This document shows, piece by piece, positions 26,048-32,000 of a stretch of 32,000 bases of DNA (position 1 is its first letter; every line of letters begins with the position of its first letter). The notes under the pieces are model-generated. The model was not told the DNA's origin, made no database searches, and saw only the letters and a program-made list of their open reading frames with translations. Source of the DNA: Cuniculiplasma divulgatum (GTDB taxonomy: Archaea; Thermoplasmatota; Thermoplasmata; Thermoplasmatales; Thermoplasmataceae); NCBI RefSeq assembly GCF_900083515.1, contig NZ_LT671858.1:1500001-1532000 (forward strand), read 5' to 3'. The translations under genes and the position numbers were made by a program.

Positions 26048-26578
26048 TCAGCCCATCAATGAACCACATGAGGGACAAAATTTTGCATTCTCATCCACAA
26101 GCGCCTGACACTGCCTGCATCTGACCTTTATAATTTCATTCTTAACCTCAGTATTCTCCGGTATGGACTGCTGGTTTGGTGTAATATTCTGCATGACAAC
26201 ACCAGGCTGCTGTTGCGTTCCCGTCTGATTATATGTCAGATTTCCAGATTTGGCAGATGCGATTTGATTTATCCACAATTGCGGTTCCTTCACCCTGAAG
26301 CTGTACTGGGTTCCATCAGCATTGATCCTGAATTCGTGCCCCTTGAATATTATATCCTTCTTCCTGTCTGCCACGAGTACAGAACTTAGAGGTATGTTGA
26401 TTAAAATAATATCATGCTTGTCCTTTACAAAAACCATTCTCCTGCTCTCTCTTGTTGTTTCAAGAACGATTCGCTTGTTTGTCAGAATCAAATTGCCCCT
26501 CTCTCTGCCATTACCAGTTTCAACACCATGTTCTGTTAGCAGTACTGCTTCTCCAGCGTCAAATAACATATGCTTCAT
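26048..26578 (-). CDS. PH/GRAM-like domain protein with a C-terminal zinc ribbon
   Basis: 176-aa ORF. GNLILTNKRIVLE...FRVKEPQLWINQI resembles bacterial PH/GRAM-like domains. The C-terminus VRCRQCQALVDENAKFCPSCGSLM is a CxxC...CxxC zinc ribbon. The domain call is by eye only. Confidence 0.65.
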   Translation of the reverse strand: MKHMLFDAGEAVLLTEHGVETGNGRERGNLILTNKRIVLETTRESRRMVFVKDKHDIILINIPLSSVLVADRKKDIIFKGHEFRINADGTQYSFRVKEPQLWINQIASAKSGNLTYNQTGTQQQPGVVMQNITPNQQSIPENTEVKNEIIKVRCRQCQALVDENAKFCPSCGSLMG

Positions 26579-26632
26579 TATGATAACTTGATTACATATT
26601 TAAGGATTAAATACAGTCAGCAATTATTTTCC

Positions 26633-27604
26633 TTAGAAATCTACTTCTTGAAGTATACTGCTTGAATTAAGCCATTCCTGAATGGGCTGTACTCTTCGTA
26701 TTACTGGGTTTAGACCCATTTCCATCAAACCAGTTTCCCTCAAAATACCAAGCAGTTCCAGGGTAAATATTGATGGATGAATAATGAAGTACCTCATTAC
26801 CCCATTATCAAGGGACTGCATTTTCAAAAGGACAGGTATCCGCTCCTTTCTGATTTTATTATTAATTTCTGTAAATATAGGATTATGAATCTCTACTTCG
26901 TAGAGTCTTCCCTTAATTATTTCATTCAATCTACTGCCTACTTTTTGTCCGTCTCGGATAATATAAACTGCTGAAACAGTTCTGGATTCATAGGGTGACT
27001 TTATAATTCTAAACCAGCTGTTTCCCAGGGCATCAATTCGATCTGCAAACTTTGTTTGGTCTAAGGTAAAATCATATTCGATCACAGAAACATTAGATCT
27101 GTTGCTCAGATCTTCAAGTGACTTTTTCATGCCTCCACTTGGTCCGAGATATTCAATAGCCACATCCGAAGTTTGATCCATATTTTTCAGTAGAATAGAC
27201 GATATTTTTTCAAGCCTATTTTTGGAGAATATTATTTCTACCTTGAAAATTCCCTTATCTATCCATGCAGATGACAGTACGGCTGACTGTGCCCCAACAA
27301 GACCCTGCATCAGTTTCCTAAAATCTTTTGAAACTTCCATCTCTCTTGAAATTCGCCATATGCCATTCTTATTTACAGCATTCATGCTATTGAGAAAAAT
27401 GAATAATTCGCGATTCATATTCAAATCATCCGGAAAGAATATGCTTATCTCTGTTTTTTCTCCATCAACGTAAATTCCCATTTCTGATGTTATGGAGTAT
27501 TTCCTTGCACCATTGGTAAGTTCTGTTTCAGGTGAGAATGAAAGCCTAAGTTTCCAGTCAAGAAGAGAATTGTCAGACAATATGATCTGGTTTAGATTTA
27601 TCAA
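26633..27604 (-). CDS. Uncharacterised protein, paralogous family member A2
   Basis: 323-aa ORF with a TTG start and no nearby in-frame ATG. LDWKLRLSFSPETE, EISIFF, IEYLGPSGGM, SWFRIIKSPY and ERIPVLLKMQSL align with A1, A3 and A4. Confidence 0.7.
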   Translation of the reverse strand: MINLNQIILSDNSLLDWKLRLSFSPETELTNGARKYSITSEMGIYVDGEKTEISIFFPDDLNMNRELFIFLNSMNAVNKNGIWRISREMEVSKDFRKLMQGLVGAQSAVLSSAWIDKGIFKVEIIFSKNRLEKISSILLKNMDQTSDVAIEYLGPSGGMKKSLEDLSNRSNVSVIEYDFTLDQTKFADRIDALGNSWFRIIKSPYESRTVSAVYIIRDGQKVGSRLNEIIKGRLYEVEIHNPIFTEINNKIRKERIPVLLKMQSLDNGVMRYFIIHPSIFTLELLGILRETGLMEMGLNPVIRRVQPIQEWLNSSSILQEVDF

Positions 27605-27715
27605 ATACTTAAATTTAGTTATTATATCCTTTTATGATCCTGCCATAATAGGTTTCAATTAACAATTTGACCTGATGCTTCATTTTTCATTTCGCATTAA
27701 AAATTATCTTCAGTA

Positions 27716-28666
27716 TCATTCTCTGTCCAGCCATTCCTTCAGTGTTTCTATTCTTTCCAGATCAATTTTCCAATCTGTAAATTTCTTTTCTGTGTCGGAT
27801 ATTAGCCGTAAAATTTCTTCTGTAAATACAGTTGGTGCGATAATGAAAGTCTTTAAAACCGAGTCCTCAAACATCTGAACTCTACTGAGTGTTACGATAT
27901 TTCTTCTTATTATTTCGTCGTTTATTGCATTTACCACTTCATTTTTGGTTTTCCCGTAATAAACACCGTCATCTATCTTAATTATTCTCGGATTCTTAAA
28001 CTCATAACCATCAGTGAGATATACAGCATCTATGGATTTTGTCCCGAGAGGCATCTTTAAAATCCTCAACCAACTCTCGTTAAGCAGATTGTCAGTTAAC
28101 TGTTTTTCGCTGGATTCAGTCTTAAGTGTCATTTGAATTACACTCAATGGATTTCTGTTATCTACGATATTTAATATTCTCTCGTATCCCTCACTGGGAC
28201 CGAGATATTCTATATTTAATTTCCACTGTTCACCCTTGAATCCAATAATAGCTTTGGATACGGAATCCATATTCCTATAGGAGAAAAGGAATTCAGTAAA
28301 GTATCTACCCTTGTCTATCCATACTGATGAAAGGACGCATGAAGGTATGTTGATTAATTCCCATACTGTATCTATATAATCTATTGATTTTGTTACTTTC
28401 CTGTGTATTCTCCATATACCGTTTTCCAGGATTCCTCCTGATTTTGATATAAATATTGCAAGATCTCTTTCCGTGCTGGATTCAGCCGGGAAATACAGAT
28501 TGATCTCAGCCTCATTTCCTTCAAGATGGAATCCAATTTCTGATTTTATATCGAATTTCCTGGAAGCTTTGGACACCTCTGTTTCGGGTTCTATGGAAGC
28601 GATCAACTTCCAGTTTAGACCGTCCAGTTTTTTTAATATCCGGTGCCCATATCCCCCTTCTTCCAT
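27716..28666 (-). CDS. Uncharacterised protein, paralogous family member A3
   Basis: 316-aa ORF. It contains LNWKLIASIEPETE, EINLYF, NIPSCVLSS, IEYLGPSEGY and SWLRILKMPLG. GGAG lies ~10 nt upstream of the ATG. Confidence 0.75.
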   Translation of the reverse strand: MEEGGYGHRILKKLDGLNWKLIASIEPETEVSKASRKFDIKSEIGFHLEGNEAEINLYFPAESSTERDLAIFISKSGGILENGIWRIHRKVTKSIDYIDTVWELINIPSCVLSSVWIDKGRYFTEFLFSYRNMDSVSKAIIGFKGEQWKLNIEYLGPSEGYERILNIVDNRNPLSVIQMTLKTESSEKQLTDNLLNESWLRILKMPLGTKSIDAVYLTDGYEFKNPRIIKIDDGVYYGKTKNEVVNAINDEIIRRNIVTLSRVQMFEDSVLKTFIIAPTVFTEEILRLISDTEKKFTDWKIDLERIETLKEWLDRE

Positions 28667-28791
28667 TTAATTTCTCCAGATTAATAAATAAATTTAATTA
28701 AATTCTATTATACAAATGTTGTCTATTTATAAAAAATATTTGGTACAAAATGTTGTATGTATGGATAAGATTTTAACATATTTTTAACAGT

Positions 28792-29751
28792 TTACGTAAA
28801 TTTTGATGGCAGAATTTTTTCTCTATAAATCCATTCTCCTATATTCTGTACCCTGAATATTTTTAAGTTCCATTTATCAAATGATGTTGCTACCTGTCTA
28901 GCTACATGTATGTATTCACCTGCGAAAATATCAGGAACTGCGGTAATAACATAGAATTTTCTTCCCTTCAGTATATTGACCCTTGATATACATGGTATTC
29001 TATTTTCACTCATCAAACTGTCCATGCCCCTTATGAAGTTGTTCTCTGTTGCGGCATAATAGATCTTTCCTGGAACTATCTCCTTAACATCTTCTCTCTG
29101 GGGTTTCTCATTGGTGAAATAGATACCGTTTATATTTCCCCTGCCAATTGGTGTTTTTTCTATTCTAACCCATTCAGTTCCCATTGGATTTCTTTCCATC
29201 TTAAGTTCTTCTTCTGGTGGATCAGTTTCTATACCTATGAGTGTTAATTTTGTCCTATCTGTTATTCTTCTTATGGACTCTCTGAATCCACCACTAGGGC
29301 CAAGATATTCAACCTTGACATCTGATTTTTCCATGAGTTCTTGCAAGATCACCTTTGATACATCGTCTATTTGAGAATCATGAAATAAGAATTCCATTCT
29401 ATACTGGCCCTTAGAAATACTGAATGAGGACAGCACAACTGATGGTATAACGAGCAATTTTCTAGCCGTTTCGGTTAATTGGAAATTCTTTCTTGCAATA
29501 CTTCTTACCCTGTATATATTGTTCATTTCCATTGCCTTTGACTCATTTAGGAATATTACCATTTCCCTCTGCATCTCTTCGGTTTTCTTTACAAAGAGGT
29601 TAATTTCTGTTATCTCATCCTCGAATATGAAGCCAAGCTCTGACTCTATGCCAAACTTCTCGGTTTTTTCTGCCGTACCACCCTTTGGTTTAGAGGAAAG
29701 ACAGAGTTTCCAGTTCAAAGCATCCAGTTGTTCCACATTTTTCAACTCCAT
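28792..29751 (-). CDS. Uncharacterised protein, paralogous family member A4
   Basis: 319-aa ORF with LNWKLCLSSKP, EINLFV, VIPSVVLSS, VEYLGPSGGF, NPMGTEWVRIEKTPIG and NRIPCISRVNIL. Confidence 0.75.
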   Translation of the reverse strand: MELKNVEQLDALNWKLCLSSKPKGGTAEKTEKFGIESELGFIFEDEITEINLFVKKTEEMQREMVIFLNESKAMEMNNIYRVRSIARKNFQLTETARKLLVIPSVVLSSFSISKGQYRMEFLFHDSQIDDVSKVILQELMEKSDVKVEYLGPSGGFRESIRRITDRTKLTLIGIETDPPEEELKMERNPMGTEWVRIEKTPIGRGNINGIYFTNEKPQREDVKEIVPGKIYYAATENNFIRGMDSLMSENRIPCISRVNILKGRKFYVITAVPDIFAGEYIHVARQVATSFDKWNLKIFRVQNIGEWIYREKILPSKFT

Positions 29752-29943
29752 TATTCATTTACATGCAATTTACCGGATAGAACCCATGATAAATGCATAT
29801 GCCGTTAAACTCATAAACTGTCAACATATATAATATATTCTCCTTATAATTGAGTTGGACTACAAGTGAAATAATTCCTACATAATAAATGGATTCCTGC
29901 GTCAGCTAACCGATTGTTTGGAAGAGACAACCTTACTTTAAGA

Positions 29944-29954
29944 ATATTTAAATA
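29944..29954 (+). promoter_or_regulatory. TATA box candidate for the DUF929-like gene
   Basis: ATATTTAAATA is centred ~27 nt upstream of the ATG at 29977, consistent with a leaderless mRNA. Confidence 0.4.
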
Positions 29955-29967
29955 CAGCAATACGAAT

Positions 29968-30744
29968 ATGCTATGCATGCATTTCACAAAGAAGGAAATA
30001 TATGGAGTTATTTCCATTGTGGTGGTCATTATTGTTGTGGTATCAGGTATTGCAATTTATTCAAATTTAACAAAAAATACTGCTCCTGTTCCGCTATCGA
30101 AGTATGTAAAAATTTCAAACAATGACCTACTAAGTAATGGACAGAATCACATATATTTCATATCATGGTATGGGTGTCCCATAGGAGCTGATAATTCTTG
30201 GGTTCTCTACAGTTTCCTTAATTCAACGAGAGATGTGGCACCGGATGTTGTCCTGCATAAATCAATATCTGGAACACCAGCCCTTTTATTCCTTAATGGA
30301 ACACATAAGCTTGGTGAAAATATAAGCTTCAACTACGCAGGAGTGCCTTTTGGATTCACTTCGCTGTACATGTATAATGAAACCATGACTGGAGGTGTAT
30401 ATAATAACGCGATATCCAGCAGTTCAAGGGTGAGTTATGCACTTAGCGTTCTTAAAGGAAATCTCCCGGAGAGCGTATATCAGGTTGCAGATAAATATGA
30501 AACACAGGTCAGGATTCAGAATCAAACCGGATCATGGTCTTCATCGACAGGCCACCTTGTTACAATACTAATAGTGACTGGACCTGACGGCACATTCGTT
30601 CACTTCTGGTTCATGTATCCATCATTTTCCAGTAAAGTATCACCACAAACAGTATTCAAAAATCTATCCACATACCCACAGATAAGCAACGCTGAGGGAC
30701 AGTTCCTGAATGCACTTGGAGGATCCAATGTTGCATGTGCCTGA
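29968..30744 (+). CDS. Membrane-anchored extracytoplasmic protein, DUF929-like (degenerate thioredoxin-like motif)
   Basis: An N-terminal TM anchor (VISIVVVIIVVVSGIAIY) is followed by YFISWYGCPIGADNSWVLYSFLNS. This resembles the DUF929 Y.GA.WCP.CAA.RW.L core but keeps only one Cys. There are seven N-x-S/T sequons. The TATA-like ATATTTAAATA at 29944-29954 suits a leaderless ATG at 29977, and 29968 is also possible. Confidence 0.6.
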   Translation: MLCMHFTKKEIYGVISIVVVIIVVVSGIAIYSNLTKNTAPVPLSKYVKISNNDLLSNGQNHIYFISWYGCPIGADNSWVLYSFLNSTRDVAPDVVLHKSISGTPALLFLNGTHKLGENISFNYAGVPFGFTSLYMYNETMTGGVYNNAISSSSRVSYALSVLKGNLPESVYQVADKYETQVRIQNQTGSWSSSTGHLVTILIVTGPDGTFVHFWFMYPSFSSKVSPQTVFKNLSTYPQISNAEGQFLNALGGSNVACA

Positions 30745-30833
30745 ACTCCTCTAACTAATTTTTTCTAAGAAAAGTCCATTTCCTATTAGTCAGAAATTTT
30801 TTTACAATGTTATGATTAAAATTGGTGTGGAAA

Positions 30834-31772
30834 TTATGGAATAATCTTCTTTTCCTTAACCTTCGCTTCATCTGATATCTTCAGTGATTTTGCCTCGACA
30901 TAATCAATATTACACCCTGCTTCAATAATTATGTCATCGCCCTTAACATATTTCGAATTTGTTGATTCAAGAAAAGCCCTGTTACAGATTATTTCATCTA
31001 TTTTTGCCTCTCCGGAAAGGAATCTTTTCTTCTGCAATCTTATTTCAACGATGTCAGATTGAAGCTTTACAACATGGCTTGTAGAATTGTATATCTTCAT
31101 TTCAAATCGCCTTGAACTAATGGAATCCGCATTTATCCTTCCGGAGATGTATATCTCATCCCCGGTTACAGTTCGAACTTCAACTAATCCGGAAGATTTT
31201 AACATAGTGCATTCGATTGATTCTGCCTTTGTCTTTCCGGAATTTTCAATATTCTTTGCCCTTAGCAATTTAGAAATCTTTGCTGAACCAGAACTTTCAA
31301 ACTCATCACATATGACTGATTCTGCACTGATTGAACCTGAAGACTCAAGTTCACATGCTTCCATATTACCTGCAATTTGAAGAGATCCAGAGGATTCAAT
31401 TTTATTTCCCCTTACGTTTCCTCCTATATGCATAGAACCAGAGGAATGAATTGTATCTGATGAAATAACATCCTTTTCCACCCTGCAGCTTCCTGAAACA
31501 TGAAAGAAGATCGAATCAATGCTACCATCAACGGTAAGAGAACCTGAAACTGAGGTCTCTTCTGCATACACCGATTGTATCATACCTGAACCAGATATCC
31601 TGATCTTTTTTGATCTCTCTGTCTTTGATTCTTCCTGTGCTTTTTCATCACGTCTTTCCTCCTTTTCAGATCCATTTTCCTCCCATCTTGACATGATCTC
31701 ATTAAACATGTCTTCACTCATCTTTCCGCCTGCAACCATTTCCCGAAGTTTTTTCTTTCTGTCTTCGTCCAT
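30834..31772 (-). CDS. Bactofilin-like (polymer-forming, DUF583-type) beta-helix repeat protein
   Basis: 312-aa ORF. Eight or nine consecutive 16-18-aa windings each start with S-(S/G)-G-S, for example SSGSMHIGGNVRGNKIE, SSGSLQIAGNMEACELE, SSGSISAESVICDEFE and SSGSAKISKLLRAKNIE. A charged helical N-terminus precedes them. Confidence 0.65.
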   Translation of the reverse strand: MDEDRKKKLREMVAGGKMSEDMFNEIMSRWEENGSEKEERRDEKAQEESKTERSKKIRISGSGMIQSVYAEETSVSGSLTVDGSIDSIFFHVSGSCRVEKDVISSDTIHSSGSMHIGGNVRGNKIESSGSLQIAGNMEACELESSGSISAESVICDEFESSGSAKISKLLRAKNIENSGKTKAESIECTMLKSSGLVEVRTVTGDEIYISGRINADSISSRRFEMKIYNSTSHVVKLQSDIVEIRLQKKRFLSGEAKIDEIICNRAFLESTNSKYVKGDDIIIEAGCNIDYVEAKSLKISDEAKVKEKKIIP

Positions 31773-31875
31773 ATACCATCAACATCACATTAAGTGGCAA
31801 TATATTAATATATTTAGAACTAATAATTTAAATCACTTAATTTAATTATTAAATACTTTAACTTTTGAATTGATA

Positions 31876-32000
31876 TTAGCAACCTAAAAGTTTATGAATA
31901 CTTGCAACATGATCTTTCATGATCTCTGATATAAACATTCTTACCTCAGGTTCTAAGGTTTCTATAATAGAAATGCTGAGAACACCAAAAACTCCTGATG
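31876..32000 (-). CDS. Possible 3' end of a gene entering from the right edge
   Basis: The reverse-complement frame is open from the window edge: ...SGVFGVLSISIIETLEPEVRMFISEIMKDHVASIHKLLGC*, with stop TAA at 31878-31876. It has only 40 codons and no recognisable family. Confidence 0.3.
   Translation of the reverse strand, partial: SGVFGVLSISIIETLEPEVRMFISEIMKDHVASIHKLLGC

Noticed and set aside
31087-31845. Plus-strand ORFs 31087-31380 and 31519-31845 opposite the bactofilin-like gene.
   Set aside because: They are S/P/F-rich shadows produced by the repetitive SSGS-coding DNA on the other strand.
1-32000. I looked for CRISPR arrays, IS elements with terminal inverted repeats, integrases, rRNA genes and C/D-box sRNAs (RUGAUGA...CUGA) in the spacers.
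   Set aside because: I saw no regularly spaced direct repeats, no transposase- or integrase-like ORF and no convincing C/D box pair. The search was by eye, so short ncRNAs could have been missed.

Overview
The window is an archaeal chromosome segment, Thermoplasmata-like and visibly AT-rich, with GGTGA-type Shine-Dalgarno sites and TATA boxes placed for short or absent leaders.

**1-9251 (- strand).** The large ribosomal-protein operon in canonical euryarchaeal order: L3-L4-L23-L2-S19-L22-S3-L29-SUI1-Rpp29-S17-L14-L24-S4e-L5-S14-S8-L6-L32e-L19e. L19e is cut by the left edge. The genes are tightly packed, with ATGA and other short overlaps.

**9.4-16.8 kb.** Ordinary housekeeping and metabolic genes:
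- a Bat-type HTH_10 regulator divergent from a small 86-aa protein
- an isochorismatase-family hydrolase
- a GlcF-like Fe-S protein paired with a GlcD-like FAD oxidase
- tRNA-Gly(UCC)
- a membrane protein
- archaeal triosephosphate isomerase
- tRNA-Lys(CUU)
- a cupin protein

**16.8 kb onward.** The content turns lineage-specific. It starts with an orphan beta-class DNA methyltransferase. Six diverged paralogues (two subfamilies) of an uncharacterised ~310-aa soluble protein family follow, in two clusters (17952-21335 and 26633-29751) separated by long AT-rich spacers. Between the clusters lie an overlapping M20 amidohydrolase / S66 LD-carboxypeptidase pair, a 4-TM protein, a DUF1059-like protein, a stand-alone histidine ammonia-lyase and a PH/GRAM-like + zinc-ribbon protein. 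After them come a DUF929-like membrane-anchored protein and a bactofilin-like beta-helix repeat protein.

I saw no rRNA, CRISPR array, transposase or integrase. The best candidate for something undescribed is the six-copy protein family. I can show its paralogy from the sequence but cannot assign a function.
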